Shown here: positions 36,527 to 51,126 of the stretch, in pieces
Layout of the letters: the number at the start of each line of letters is the position of its first letter
Numbering within the stretch: position 1 is the stretch's first letter
NCBI GenBank assembly: GCA_003693705.1
Contig: RBZT01000215.1
Coordinates: forward strand, 1-64,000
From: Polymyxa betae A26-41
Lineage: Eukaryota; Protista; Endomyxa: Phytomyxea
DNA length: 64,000 bases
Direction of reading: 5' to 3'
Notes under the pieces: generated by a model
Seen by the model: the letters and a program-made list of their open reading frames with translations, nothing else
The model's database searches: none
What the model was told of the DNA's origin: nothing
Position numbers and translations under genes: made by a program

Positions 36527-38893
36527 TTAGCTGGGCTTCCTTGGCTCTACTTTCTGGCTCAGCTGCCATAGAGTTTCGTCATCAACAGTGACGAATTCGT
36601 GCTCGAGATACTCTCGAATTCCGACGGGGAGTTCGGTGTCCAGCGTGTAGGGAACACGTTGACATTCAATTACCCAATCAATCGTCTTGGTTATCATTAA
36701 CATCTTGTTCACATTGATCATACCATAGATTACTCGATCTGGATTTCCATCGTCGATAAATGTCAAATCTTTCAATACCAGAGCTGCAGAGATCGTGTTA
36801 TTAAACGGAAATGGCGCTTGGGGTCTTTTACTCACCCAGATGTGGAATGCAAGGCGGTTGTAGAGATTTCATCTCTGTACGAAGCTCTCGGGAATTGTTG
36901 TTGGTACTGACCAGCGCCTTGATCGTCTTGAAGGCACTTTTACTTTTTTTGGGAAGAGCCTAGAAAAGTTCACTCGATCAGCACTACTGTTGACCGTGTT
37001 CCTACATCCCATGTTTGCTTCAGTCGATGAATTGCATTACTGTTTAGCCCAGCAAAAATACCACACAGAGCACTTAAATTGCTCTTATTACGAAACGCCT
37101 ATTATTCTGGTCTTAAAATACCACCTAAGTTCGCAACTCTTCTACCTCAGCCAGATGAATGAATCTCGCCATTACCGCAGCTCGTTTTGACAATAGCGAT
37201 TCCCGTAAAATCTGGCTTTGAACGAATGATGTCATGCGATTGAATCGGGAAATTGCTTCGTGAATGTTTGGTGCATGCCCATGCGGTTTGGACCAGGCCT
37301 GATCGTTAAATTCCCGAGGTTGAATGCGTCGGAAAGCGGCGCCATCGTCATAGCAGACGCAACGGACGAAGCTGTCATCGTCAATTTGCGAGAGCGAACT
37401 GATTACAAAGAAGCCTGGATTAACGCTAAAGCATCAACGTTCACTTCTTCAATGATCATTGTTCAAATGGAGTTACACTATGTTTTCGATATGCACTTTC
37501 ACAGGTATTCCATTGGCTTTTCGCAGCTTTCTGAAATGCTCTAACAAAAATTTAGCTTCGACTTGGCATGACCAGCGCTCTTCAGACTCGACAAGATCCG
37601 TCAGATGTTGTTCCAATAATCCTGACACTGTTTCCGCAATTAAAAAGGCTCGCATAGGCAAAACATAAAACCTGACAGGATGCATTTTGGGTTATATCCT
37701 CAGGGAACTGATCAAGCCATTTCCGAAGAAGCGCTAGGCACCTTTGTTGGATTGGTCCGGCCACTTTCGATTGGAACGTGCGCCGTTCTGATGGGGTCAT
37801 GTTTGGGGCGGATGGTACAACAATTCGTTGGATGATGAGCTCCAATACGTCGATCGTCTCATTCAGGCTAGGTAACGTTACAAAGAAAGCTCGTTCGAGT
37901 TTCTCGTTAACAGGGCGGTGGGGGTTAAGGATAGTTTCCACAATCTTTGCCAAGGTGCCACTTCGAATTTGTGAAACATTCTCTGTTTCATCGGTCTGAT
38001 AACTGATATTGGTCGGTAGATCCTGATACAGGTCGGTTCACTTGATGCAAATCATCCACAGATAGCTTACAGGTTCATCGAAGACGTAAATGAAGCCGGT
38101 ATCGGTCACATGAGTGAACCCCAGGTTACGATCCAAATTGGGATCCACATCTATGGCCGCCGTCGGCGCACGTTCTGGTCGCTGCGCTTCGCACCATGCA
38201 CTCAGCTCGAGGTATCGTGTGATGTTTGATATTGGAAGTGATGTTGCTGATGCTACCAGTTCTGCCACTTTCATGCGCTCGCTATCCCAAACTGACAGAT
38301 ACAAATGCTAAGTTGACTGGCGACATTGTCACTCATTTAGCGCAGAAGCAACCTGGAGATTCTGGAGAATTTGTGCCTGATGTTAACAACTCCTGGAAAG
38401 CCGTCTCTGGATTCGTGACGCTTCGCTTCATGCTTCTATGATGAGCAAACCGACGCATCTCAGACTCAATTTCGCTAAAATCCTGATCGCTTAGATGCTG
38501 TAAGCGATAGTCGACTGTCTGTTGAAATCAGTCAAACTTTGCCTACTGTTGGTCGCTGACAGATACCTGTTTTTCATCGACGATATTGGCAATCATGGAA
38601 CGCATCTGCGCATTGGATTGGGCCAAGGCCAGGCAACCATTGATAACAGCATGCCAGTCAATCGTCGCTCCGTCACTGCTGCTTCGAGGTATTAAACGTT
38701 TCTGATCTTGTCCGGAAGGGGGTAATGACGATATCGCAGCCTTCAGTTCGGCGTTGTTTCGTTCGAGGACGTTCAGTCGCTGCAGCAACACCCAACGACG
38801 GTGGCTTTCTCGCGAAAGCTGTGTCCGCATCTGAACTTCATTGACACCGACGATATCTTGCCGAGCAGTACTTTGTCGGTGCAGCATCGTCAT
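36527..38893 (-). CDS. RasGEF (coiled-coil, REM and CDC25 domains)
   Basis: GTLAKIVE..FFVT; LLRKWLDQFPED; LKDLTFIDDGNPD..MINVNK. Confidence 0.88.
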
Positions 38894-39233
38894 TTTTTTA
38901 TCGCATTAACAGTGTAGAAACAAAGTCGTACAGGTGACGATCTTGGATAATCCATTGTGCTGACTGGTCGGACTCATCAAAAAGCGGTTGTTCGAGATTG
39001 TTCTCCCCAGTCGTTTTGTGCCAGCACCGATCCCTAGCGAACAATCGGCATAACATATTACGTGTGAACCACCCGATAATTGCCGATGCATCAGAAGTCG
39101 GACGAGTCGGAAAGGGATATGAAAATTACAATTTTCCGTCATAAATATCTCAAGCAAGTCGCGTGTCGCCAATTTGGAACAGAGAGGCGAAGTGTGTACA
39201 CTATCGTGAAAATTTCGCTATTATCCGGCGATC

Positions 39234-42200
39234 ATGCTGGCGGCATCGGCACGATGGCGCGGCTGTCTCGACCCGAACACAAATCAGATATATTATGTCG
39301 ATATGGAAACAAATCAGAGCAGTTGGGAGCGGCCAGCGGACTTCCATGATGAAATTACATCGGGTGGCTGGCAAAGGCTCTGGGATCTGGAACAGAACCA
39401 GCCCTATTGGTATAATTGGCAAACCGAAGAATCGACCTGGAACGAACCGTCACCGGAGCATTCGTCCTGGGAGAAATCCACAGATCATGGTCATGATTCG
39501 GATATGGCAAAGAAGACGCATTTCCTGCCAAAATTGAGCGCTGCTATGATACCTATTCGTCCTATAGGAAATGATCATACGGTATGGGGTTTTCTGTATG
39601 TGCAGATAATTCGAATGATAACTCTGGGCTGCTAGAATGGATCGCCAGTTCCAGAATCTAAACGCGACTCGTTGCCGATATTAGCTCAAGCGCAACCCAA
39701 TGACAGCGGCAACAACGTCGCTGAAGTGTCAGCGCCGAATCATTCTGAACAGCCAGCGCCAAGCCAATTCTTGCAACAGCAGCTAAAGCGGCGAAGTCGA
39801 GCGCTATCGAACGTCGCTGTGCAGCAGGCATCGTCTGCGACCCCAACCGCAACCGAAGGTGCACATCCCGATGAACCGCTGAAACCTGCACGAGTCGTCC
39901 GCCCTGCGCGGAAATCGGTCGAGATTGTTGCCGATACCAACAAGACGTCGTCGACGTTGGACTCTTCGAGTAAATTAACCGGGCCGGAACCGACCGTGGT
40001 TCGTCTATCCAAACCTGGCGCCGCTCGTAAGTCCACAGAGATCAAAATTTCACAGGTTTTCGCCGGAAATCCCGCTTCGAGCGATTCGGTCGACATGACA
40101 AGCATGGAAGCTGAAGTACAGCCGGCTCCGGTCGGCTTCGTTCGACCGCATCCAGTCCGAAAACCGGCGACAAACGACCCGGTCCAAACCCTCGATCCGC
40201 ACGATCGGCGAGGAATATCGCGCCGCTCGTCGTCGTCTCGCGAGGCGGAACCGCCTCCGAGCAAAGTTCCAATCAACGCTCCGGTGGTCAAACGACGCCC
40301 GCTACCCGTTCCGTCGACGCTAGCGGACGACAACGGAATCGCCCCCGATCAAGAGAGTTTCGAGTCCAAACAGAATAAGGACCAACGACTTCTAGAGCAC
40401 GCCGTGACCGAGATCGTCTCGTCTGAGAAGTCCTACGCGCAAAGCCTGCAGATCTTGGTCGATGTGTTCATCGAGCGGATTGTTCGCGAATCAACGTTAT
40501 CGTCGTTGATGGGTGACGCCCGCGTCGCCATGTTCTTCAGCAATGCCGAGCAGGTTGCATCGTTGAATCACACGCTGCTCTCGGATCTTCAAAACCTGGT
40601 CTCCACCGATGTGACATCGTCAACACCGGCCGCGATCGGGACCTTGTTCATCCGCTATGTGAACCTATTCTCGGTCTATACGCAGTACGCCCGGCATTAT
40701 GGCCAAGCCTGCGAAGTGCTGCAGACGAAGAACGACGCTTTAGAGGTCGTATTTCGTGAACTGCAGAGCGATCCGCGCTCGCAAGGCCAGAGCTTGTTCT
40801 CGCTGGGTATCATGCCGATTCAACGCATTCCACGATATTGCCTGTTGCTTCGTGAAATTCAGCGAAAGCTGCCGGAACCGGTGCCGCAAATTGACGACGC
40901 CCTCGTACAAGTCGAGGTTGGGGCGAGTAGTATCTTGCGGCAATTGATTCTAAGCATTATACAGGCTGCAGCCAGTGCAATCAACGAGGCGATTCGGGAA
41001 CGAGAGAACCGGGAAGACATGTTGAAAGCAGCGGCGGCCAGCAAGCGCGGCGCGGAACTTATCAAGACCGGTCATCACCTGTTGAAAACCGGGCCATTAT
41101 CAAAAATCGACAGAAACGGTAACCTGAAGAAATACACGTTCATGTTGTTCGCCGACCAGCTGCGCTACGGCAATCGTTCGTTCAGTCTTGACGGATGCAC
41201 GATCGAACGCGAACCGTTTCAATTGACGAAGAAGGGCTTGCACGGATGGGTCGTGAAAACAACGGTTCGTCAGGCATCAAACAACACATCTCATGAACTG
41301 AACTTTGTACATCAGGAGAAATCGTTTATGGTCTGCGCCGAGACCGAAGCTGTGGCGAATGAGTGGATTCAGGCCATCGAAGCCGAATGCGACAAGTTCC
41401 GATCGGCTGGTGGCGCCGAGGTCTTGGCTCCGGTCAAGACCAACAGCGACTTCTGCTCGGTCTGCGCAACACGGTTCTCGATGCTGCATCGGGCACGGCA
41501 CTGTGACCTCTGTGGTAAATCTGTACGAGGATGGGCTTTGGTAACGTCGCATCTCGACTGATCGCTCGGCGACAGGTCTGTCAGAATTGCTACGTCAAGG
41601 TCCGGCGCACAGGTCCGAAACTGATCCGCGCCTGTCATTTCTGCCGCAACGACGATGACGATGATGTCATCGAAGGCGGCGCGTCGAAATCCGCCACGAT
41701 GACGGATATGGGCAGCACATTCAACGATGAGGAATCGACAATTCAGCTGGACAATCATCCGGCCCAGAAGCCGAATGCGCCCCCGGACCAGATCCGGAAC
41801 CATTTAGCTGCCGCCTTGGAAGAACTGAAATTGAAGGTCGCCGTTGTTGAAACTACGGATCCGGCTGAGTCGGAGCCTGCTCCCCTTGCTGTCGCCGCCG
41901 AGCCGATACCCCCAAGGCGCGGATCCACTCGTAAAGCGTTGGACCATTTAGCCGCCAAAATCAGCGAGGTTCGATCACGAACGGGCTCGCGATCCGATCT
42001 CAGCGACGTCGCCACCGATACACAAGCTCGCCAGGACCTGATGGCCGACGTTCGAAGTTGGATGAAGCACCACCGGAAGCGTTCGAGTAATAACAGCAAC
42101 GGCGCCGGTGGCGGCCCCAAGCCCGACGACAAACCGGCTGGCGCCGTCCTGATTCAGTCGGCGTCGGCGTTGCCGATTCAGGGCCCGATCACGTCTTTGG

Positions 42201-43859
42201 ACCAGGCCAGGTCGCGACTGATTGACCTCGAGAGCGCCTTCTTACAGCAGCTGGGTGAAGTCGATAAGGTGTTTGCAAGACCCCTGCTCGAGGATGTCGG
42301 TTTCGGAATCCGTCTCAGGATCGCTTCTCTGATCATGAATTGCAGATGACTTGTGCAGCGCTCCCGTCTAGTCTCGCAATCGTGTTTGACACAATCCAGA
42401 ACTTGCAAACCATCCATATCAAACTGTCCTCGACGTTGAACGAAGGCGGCGATTTACTGCAGGCTCTGTTGATGTTTTCGGAGCTTGCTCGTCGTCCTTA
42501 TCTCGTCTATGCCAAACATTACGGCGTATTGATTTGGGTTGTAGTTGGTCTGCACCGATTTGATATTTCTGTTAGGAAGCGGTGAGTGAGCTAGATGATG
42601 CCGATCTCCATGGGCGAATTGGTCTCTGCGCGAAAGTTGTTGGCATTACCACGGGGGCCGTCCTGGTCTTGCTTAAACACATGGCGCGGCCAATGCAGCG
42701 CCTGCCGCTGTACATCTCGCACACGGAACGCGTCAAGGAGCTGCTGCAGCAGGCCGGGACGGAGTCCGGTCCTGACTACGATATCATCTGCAAAGCGCAC
42801 GCCAACTTCCATGATGCCTGGAAGCGCATGAGCGAGATCGTCGAGTTGCGGGTTCGTTTCAATATTTTTGCAGTTGCTTCTCGATGAGCTTCGATTGCAG
42901 GCGAGCTTCGAAACATTGAAGAGTATAGAGGCGCAGTTCGACGCCGGCGGCAGCAGCGGCGTTCATCTGGCGATTCCGTCGAGGGTCTTTATCCGCTGGA
43001 GCATGATGAACAAATATGATAGGCGCGGGCGCGCTGAACATCTCGCCTTCCATTTGTTTTCCGATGTGCTGCTCTACTCGGAGAAGGTGTCTGCCGGGTT
43101 TAAGCTGCGCCGCCAGATCCCGTTGCAGCAATGCGCCCTGATCCGCGAGGACGAGCGGACCAAGTATGAGAACGCGTTCCAGTTGCGTCTGGTGGGTAGC
43201 TCGAAATCACTGATCATTGCGGCGGTCTCGGAGAAGGAGCGACACGAATGGGTGACGGCGATCAACAATAACATCGCCCGGGTCTTGGTGCGAAAGAGTT
43301 TCCGCAATACTGACTCAGAGAGCGATCGCAGCCGATCTGGAGGAGCGGAATCAGCTCGCACCGATGCCGATCGGACTTTCGATGAATCCCAGGAGGCGCC
43401 GACGCAGGGATCCTTGAATAATCCAGAGACGTGGAACGAGGCCGAGACCTGGAATGACACCCAGTACGGCAGCGTTTCGGGCCCCGAGCGGTACGCGATG
43501 TTTTATGAGGACGGCGCCGAGCCGGATCGAACATCACCAGCGACCCTGGACCCAAACGCCATCGAAAAGCATCCCCGAGAGATCGACAGTCTCTGGACGT
43601 TGTATCTGACCGAACAGGTTCGTGACAGCTGTTTGTTTTGGTGCTAGATTCTGAATCAAGTGATTTGTAGGGCGAAGAATATTTCCACGATTCCGTCACT
43701 GGCAGGTCGGGAAAAGCCTTTTATTGAAAGCTATGTTTACAGTTGTTGCCTAAGTTTTCTCTTACGGTTTCTTGTCATCTATCGATTTCTGTCTGATGTG
43801 TTCTTCACAGGACGACATGGACAAAACCGTCGAAGTTCTCGGTCTTGCCGCAATCCTAA
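39234..43859 (+). CDS. RhoGEF with WW-WW-DH-PH-FYVE-DH-PH-WW architecture
   Basis: WW: YYVDMETNQSSWERP, YWYNWQTEESTWNEP, YFHDSVTGRTTWTKP; DH: EIVSSEKSY, IMPIQRIPRY, RPMQRLPLY; FYVE CSVC..RHCDLCG..C..C..C..C. Confidence 0.88.
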
Positions 43860-44011
43860 TATACCATAGTCCGATATCTGGAATAAATGTCTCGATCATT
43901 GTTTGTGTGACGAACTCGGAAGATATAGTTGCAAGCGGCCACCAGAATTACGTTCTCTGAATCGCATGGGGACCTGCCCGTAGCGCTGCCTGACACGTTC
44001 CCCAAAGCGTC

Positions 44012-46111
44012 ATGCAAATCTTCATACCGGTTGAGGTCCTGGACCAGCTCGGACTGGTTCCTTTGGCGACGCTGATCACGTTCTATGGTTGCATCCGACT
44101 CATCGATCAAGAGCAGATTGCTGATAGCCTCCATTCTAGGATATATTCTGTACATGGCGTCGAAGTTGTTATCGAAAGGCAGCTCGATGCTATTGGCGAT
44201 ATACGGCCCAGGTCGAATCACGAAATTTTCTCTCTCAACAATTTAATACCTATCACAGGCATTATTGGAGGCTTTCTGATCCCCATTCTTGGTATAAATT
44301 TCATTGTTGGCGAGACACAAATCTGAATGGTTCGGCGCAGGCGCCGTTCCCGATAGCATCATGATCTTGATTTCTGGGATGGGAACAGGCTCGGCTGACG
44401 ATATTCAGCGGCAGCTCGCGATTGGTGTTGGGACGCTGGCCGGTTCCACAATCATGCTGATTACCATGTGAGCAGCTGTCAATCGCCGCTTCGTGAACTT
44501 GATCGGTTTTCACAGACCTTGGGCGGTCGGGGTCTATCTGGGCCGTCGCGATATAGATGGATCCGGCCGGGCGTTAACCGAGACCGTTGACGGCAACGTT
44601 GTCGCGAGATACTCGCGGTTCACCTGGACCAAGACGGGTGTTGTCGTCTTTCCAGAGATCAACTTCCTGGCTAGATCGATGATGATCACCTCGCTTCTCT
44701 ATCTGATCATACAGATTCCGGTTAAACCAATGCGATCACCTGACTTTAAAGGCGCTGAAAACCTTGCAGGCTTTGTATTACCATAGTGATCCAAACGCAG
44801 CAGCGAAAGAAAGGATCTTCGCTGCGACCGGATTCTTTGCGTCGGTCATTGCCTTCGTCTTCTACAGGTCAGCGTTTGCAAGGCGACCGTTCAGCGCGGT
44901 CATTGATGCTGTTCAGTTGGGTTCAGCTTCGCAGTGATGAAGGCCAGGAGATCGTGAAGCAGATGCAAAAGACACGGCAGCAGCAGCATTGGAGAGATCT
45001 GCTGATTGAGAAGGTTTGCGGAGGCTCTGCGAATCGGAAAGTTGTTCTCATTGGCACGATGCCAGTTTCCACCAGGAAAAAGCATCAAACTCATATTTCG
45101 GAGTTTGGATCTGAATGGCGATAATAACCTAGATAAGGCGGAACTTAAAAAATGTCTGGAGAACCTGGGATTGAATGCTGACGACCATGAGGTTCAGTCT
45201 TTAATCATAGCACGTTGTGATTGCTGTCTTAAATAGCTCGATTTCAGGTCATTGCGGTCCTCAAAGAGATGGACATTGGAGACGATGACGATGGCTGTGG
45301 AGGTAAGCCGGAGGACACACATTCCTCGTGGCGATTCATTCGAGCATAGCTGGCGATGAGCGAATAAGTTTCCAGGAGTTCGAGCGATTCTTCTCTCGGG
45401 CCATCGGACTGCCGTTCTCGCATCTGCATCGATCGAATAGCGTCGTCGATGTACTAGCGGCTCATCAATCCATGCCGATGGCGGCCGGGCTGGATATTCG
45501 GCTGATGATGAACGATAACCCGAACAATGGCGAATGGGATAAGGAATGCGACGAACTGGACGACAATGGCAGCGATGAGATTACCGACGACAATATCCAA
45601 AAAGAGGTGAGGCGATCGAGTTTTCAACGAGCTATCCAACCTGATTTACTGGAAGGCGTTCCGGGTTCTGGCTTTAGGCGCAATCGTGGTGACATTGTTC
45701 TCGTTCCCAATGGTAGATACCATTGAGGTGTTTGCGAGCAAGATCGGGGTCGATGCTTTTTACATCAGCTTCGTAGTGACCCCGTTGGCCAGCAACGCCA
45801 GCGAGGTCATCGCCGCGCTTCAGTTCGCATCGAAGCGCAACACGAAGGGCGTGTCGCTGATGTTCGGCACGCTTTATGGGGCGGCCAATATGAATAACAC
45901 GTTCACGTTGTCGATCTTCTTGGGGATCGTTGCCGTTCGTGGATTGACATGGAATTTCACAGCCGAGTGTCTGGCGATTCTGTTGGTCACGCTGATTGTA
46001 GGACTACAAGGGATCAAGAGAACAGTGCATATGTGGCAAGCAGCGCTGGTTCTGGCTCTTTATCCAGCAAGTATTGCGCTGCTATGGATCTTGAATTCCA
46101 TAAGCCTCTGA
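44012..46111 (+). CDS. EF-hand-containing Na+/Ca2+ exchanger-like protein (NCL/EF-CAX)
   Basis: PILGAVPD, GVGTLAGSTIML; EF hand DLNGDNNLDKAE; FVVTPLASNASE; YGAANMNNT. Confidence 0.9.
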
Positions 46112-46923
46112 GAATAGCTTTGATACAGAATATTCGAATTTATGCACAACGCTAGACATTTAGGAGGAAAACTTGGCGACAGCCTCGATATATTTTTTCT
46201 CGGCGTCCTCCTTTGACGTGCCTTTCGCAGACTCCCAGGCATCTAAGCATCGTGCATTTTAGAAACTTCCAACTGAGAACGACCAGAGCTATGATGTACC
46301 CCATTTAGCGCGTCCTTTAGGATCGAACATGCCTGGACGAGCTGCGTTGCAATCTCCGCTCGTCGCCTGCTTATAGTACTTGTACAGTTCCAGCAACTGT
46401 AATCAAGAATCAGCATTGATTGACAGCATCGCTGTGGAAGCCGACCTGGTCGTTGCTGAGATTCGACAGAGTCTTGGCCTTAGCGGCGGCGGCTTCAAAG
46501 TCACTCTAACAGCACGATCAGATACCAGCCAGATGTCAAGCATAGCGATGCATACCATGATGAGAGTCTTGACAACGAGAACGGCACAGTATCACCGACA
46601 GCGGAATGCGCACGCACCAAGCTGCCCGACGTCCGACGCCACCTCCGCTTCATTGCCTATAGCGCCGCCTTCGTATCTGAGGCTAATCGAATAATCGTCT
46701 CACAAGCGAATAGAAAACCCTACAAGCTTGATGCGCTGTCAGATGATCGAGTTGTTGTGGCTACCTCCACGTTAATGTTACACCTTTAGTTGTTACCACT
46801 AGGTTAATGTTACACTTTTTTATAGATTGGCCACGACTTAATGGACAACTCATTTACGTAACGATGCCATAGTGCTTTCTTCTCTTTCCAGCCGTCTCTC
46901 TAGTTTTAAGTATTGACAGCATC

Positions 46924-49308
46924 ATGGTTGGCGTGACGCCCGAGGCAATGCTTCGACAGAAGCGGGTCACGTCTGTAGCAGCGTCCGGAGACGGCCATGC
47001 CCTAGCGTTTGCTGTCAAGCAGTATGATTGGGACGCTTCCAGATGGACGTCACAGATCTGGGTCCATGATTGCAAGAATGGCTCGAATCGTGTCTTGGGA
47101 GCATCGTCGGAGGGGAAATTCAGCGATTCCTCGCCATCCTGGATGGACAACGACAAAACGATTGTCTTTCTTAGTGATCGTGGTGGTAAAAATACACAGC
47201 TGTGGCAAATTCAGATTGAAGAAGACCAACCCAGTCAGCTGACACATCTTCCTCTACCGATTGAGTCGTTTCGTATCAACCAGGCAATTGGTGCTATTAT
47301 ATTTTCAACTAAAGTGGTCCCTGGCGATAAAGATCATTTTCGAGCTACGCTTGATTTCGACAAGAAACAGGAAAAGCAAAAGGGTCGATTCCTGAAATAT
47401 GATCGTTTATTCGTTAGACGATGGGACGACTGGATCGATGGCAAAATTTCGAAACTGTTTCTGCTATTCTTCACTCGATTCGGGACGAAATATGCTGTAG
47501 TCGGCTCCGAGCAATATCTGATGAGCAAGAGCCATCCTGACGAGGAATGTCCTGTGCCTCCTTTTGGAGATAATAGTCACTATGATATTTGCCCAGATGG
47601 CAAAGAAATTGTGTACTGCTCTCATGAATCTCCAAATAACAGTAAACAGGTACATAAACGGCTGATTTATGTGATAATGTGCTGAATTTTATACAGGCTT
47701 GGTCAACGTTCGTCTCTCTTAAAACCATCTCTATCGAAGTCCAAAAGAACTTCGTTGTGGCGGTGACGCAATCTGCAAAGGTTCCGAGTGATTCAGAAGG
47801 GTATACCTCCAATCCGGTATATTCAAGCGATGGTAAATATATCGCCTTCTTCTCTATGAAACGAGCTGGATACGAATGTATGCTCAAAGCGGAGAACATT
47901 CTCGCTGAATCTAAATATTGCTTTAGCGGATCGGAACCGGATTGGCATATTCGACCGGGCTGGAAATCATGTGACTTTCCTTGAGAACGTGCCGGTATCA
48001 CCCTCAGAACTCGTTTGGTCGCCCAACTGCGATTCCGTATTTATCACAGGAGTTTTTGAAGCGAAAAAGAATGTCTATAGGGTTCCTTTATTAGCTGGAT
48101 TTCAAGGTGATCTGATCCATTCTGGAGGAGAGGTTCGTTGCCCGTCAACCGCGAACTTGCTCACGATTCGTTTTCTAAAACTGAAGTAGATTCATGGCAT
48201 CACCGTTCTTCATACTGATGAGAAAACTGTCATTGCGTTCCTAAAGGACTCTGCTGTGTATCCAGATCGTGTATTCATCGGAGATGATTGCATCGCTGAT
48301 CCGAATGAGTCACAGATGGATGGAGTCGATCTTTTTCCGCTTGAAAATATGTGGTTCGAAGGGGCCAACAAGGACAACGTGCATTCCTGGCTGATGAAGC
48401 CTTGTGGGTTCGATGCTAACCGGAAATGGCCTTTGGCAATGATTATCCATGGAGGGCCACAAGGATGCATAACGGATAGCTGGCATTATCGGTATCAGCT
48501 TTGGCGCTATCAACAGTAGGCGGGTTTCTAAATGGTGTTGCGTCAGGTGGAATCTGGGCATATTTGCTAGTGCAGGATATGGGGTATTAGCTGTGAATTT
48601 TCATGGGTCAACTGGATTTGGACAAGCATTCTGTGATTCCATACAAGGCGATTGGGGTGGCAAACCATACGAAGATTTGATATTAGGACTTGATCACGCG
48701 CTGAAACAAAATGACTGGATTGATTCACAGCGTATCGGTGCTTTAGGGGCAAGGTAAGCAAACGCACCCATCCCTTGTTAGGCTCTTAGAGAGTGCAAGC
48801 TATGGCGGTTTTATGATCAACTGGATCAACGGCCATACAACCCGGTTCAAGTGTTTGGTGAACCACGATGGCCTTTTTAACAGCGAGGCTATGTATTATA
48901 CGACTGAGGAACTGTATTTCATGGAACATGATTTTCAAGGTATTCCCGTCAGAATTTGGTTTGGTTGGGCGTTGGCTGAATGAAACCAGGGACGCCATGG
49001 AGTAGCTCAAAATATCGCGAGTTTTCACCCCATCTATTCGTTGATCAATGGGTGACGCCGACCCTCGTGATACACGGCGGTAAAGACTATCGGGTCGTTG
49101 ATTGTGAAGGATTGGCTACGTTCACCGCTCTTCAAAGAAGGGGAATTCCTTCCGAATTTCTTTACTTTCCAAATGAAGGCCATTGGGTTCTTAATCCCAA
49201 TAACAGGTACCTTTTATCGTCCCAAATAATTGGTCTGTGACCTGATTGCGCATCAGTTTGGTCTGGCTCGACAACGTTCTGCAATGGCTGGAACGATGGC
49301 TGAAATAA
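46924..49308 (+). CDS. S9 serine peptidase, dipeptidyl-peptidase 5-like
   Basis: Beta-propeller; IHGGPQ; GASYGG split by an intron; IHGGKDYRV; FPNEGHWVL. Confidence 0.92.
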
Positions 49309-50099
49309 AACAGAACGTCAATGTTATAAGACTAGAAGAGCCAGTGTCAGGCCCAGGACTACGTTGTTGTAGTATCAAACTCTTCTTTTGATTCTTCATT
49401 TGACCGCTGTTCCGATCCAGCTATAGAGCCGACCAAACCGTATTGCAACGTAACAACTATTCAACGATACAAAATGTAGTTTTAGACGTAAATGAAACAA
49501 TCAGCAGCCGACAACATGGTATAAAGGGGTATCGTGGCATCATTCGTCCAAGATAATGGCGCGATCTCACGATCAAACTCAACATATTTCACAGAGTAAC
49601 CTGTTTTCTTGCGCCGGTTTCCATAACCTGGAGCACCTGATGATTAGGAGCCATTGGGCTGGCCTCTATCAGATCCGGTCAATTACGTTCAGAACAGAGG
49701 TGAGCTCGCGCAGTCAAACACTGAAACAGCACCTCGAGATGCGCTTCATCGAATCTGACAAATTCAAAGCCAACAACGACGCAGTCCATCGATGTTACGA
49801 AAGCGGCGGCGCTGCGATGTCAGATGGGATACCATTCCGACCCATATCGCGAACTCTGTTGAGCTCGAACGATAGGGCGGCGAAACTCGTTCGCCGATTC
49901 AACAATTGCCCAACAATACTGGTCGACGATGGTCATTGTGAGCAGATCTCATATCCAGCTGATCACGTACAAGCACGGCGACAAACCTTCCAGCTCATCC
50001 GTTCTGGATTCGTCATTTTCCACAATCTGTCGCGATCTCGATCTTTCTGGTCGCCGAACCGATACCGCGCACGTCTTGTCTCTCGACGCTCATTCTTTA

Positions 50100-51126
50100 A
50101 TGGCGAATTTGGCGTTGGTAGCATTGTCTGTTTTAGCTTTGACGGTTCAGGCGCAGACCGCTCCGAATGGCTACACGTTGGTCGCCGACAACGACTACAT
50201 TGATGCCGGCCCTCTGACCAACATCAATCAGACGATTGTGTCTCTGCAGGCCTGCGCCAATGCTTGCGATCAAGACCCCCTCTGCCAATCGATCAAGTTC
50301 TCGACGTACTGCACCATGTATCGGTTACGACGATGCATGACGCCTCCGGTTCATAACAATGCGGCTCCCATCTCCGATAAAGGGCAGATTTACGAGAAGA
50401 ACATCGCGATCCCGATTCCAGATGGATCACAGATCGTGACGATTTGCGGGAACTACAGCGGTCCTGTATTGGGCTCATACACAACATTAGTACCAGCACA
50501 GTTCGGACCAACGCTCGACGGCAACGTGGCCGCCTTCACCACCAACTGCTCACAGACCTGCGGCTCGTACGTGTGGAAACCCTAAACCCTAGGCCTTGCA
50601 TCAATTAACCCTTGGATTGGGCAGGAATCCGAACTGTCGGTCGTGGCGCGTCTTGGAGGTGTATGAGAACAACCCGAATGTGCCCGTAATCCTTGAATGT
50701 ACTTGGTATGGTGACTCGATCTACGACGTCCCCAAACAGGGCTTCTACTCGACCCTGGCCGGAGTCTGCAAGCGGGCCAGCTCGATCTATGCCATCAAAG
50801 GACCGGCTCTATCACGATTCAATTGTACGGGACCGGGAACCGGGACGATTGCAGATCCGGTGACGTCGTCGCCGTCGGTCGCTACGCAGAACGCAACGAC
50901 GACGACGGACGCTCCCGCCATCATAACGGCGCCCTCTGGGGATGCCACGACGGCGCCTTCTGGGAATGTCACGACGCCGCCGACGTCATCGTGGGCGATG
51001 ACGTCGAGTTCGCCTTCGGGAACGGCAGCGATTGCCGTTTCCAGCGTTAACAGTTCGTCGACGACGGTTGCGTCGATTTGCCCAATGCTGCTGGCCTTCG
51101 TTGCCTTTCTTGCTCATCTCGTTTAA
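50100..51126 (+). CDS. Signal peptide, two PAN/apple-like domains, Ser/Thr stalk and GPI-anchor signal
   Basis: Hydrophobic N-terminus with VQA|Q; CANACDQDPLCQS and CSQTCGSNPNCRS; intron 50567-50624; C-terminal MLLAFVAFLAHLV. Confidence 0.8.

Noticed and set aside
46380-46694. 104-aa ORF between the exchanger and the peptidase
   Set aside because: Non-ATG start, no motif, no supportable gene model
49556-50203. 215-aa ORF overlapping the PAN gene start
   Set aside because: No recognisable features; overlaps the better-supported signal-peptide frame
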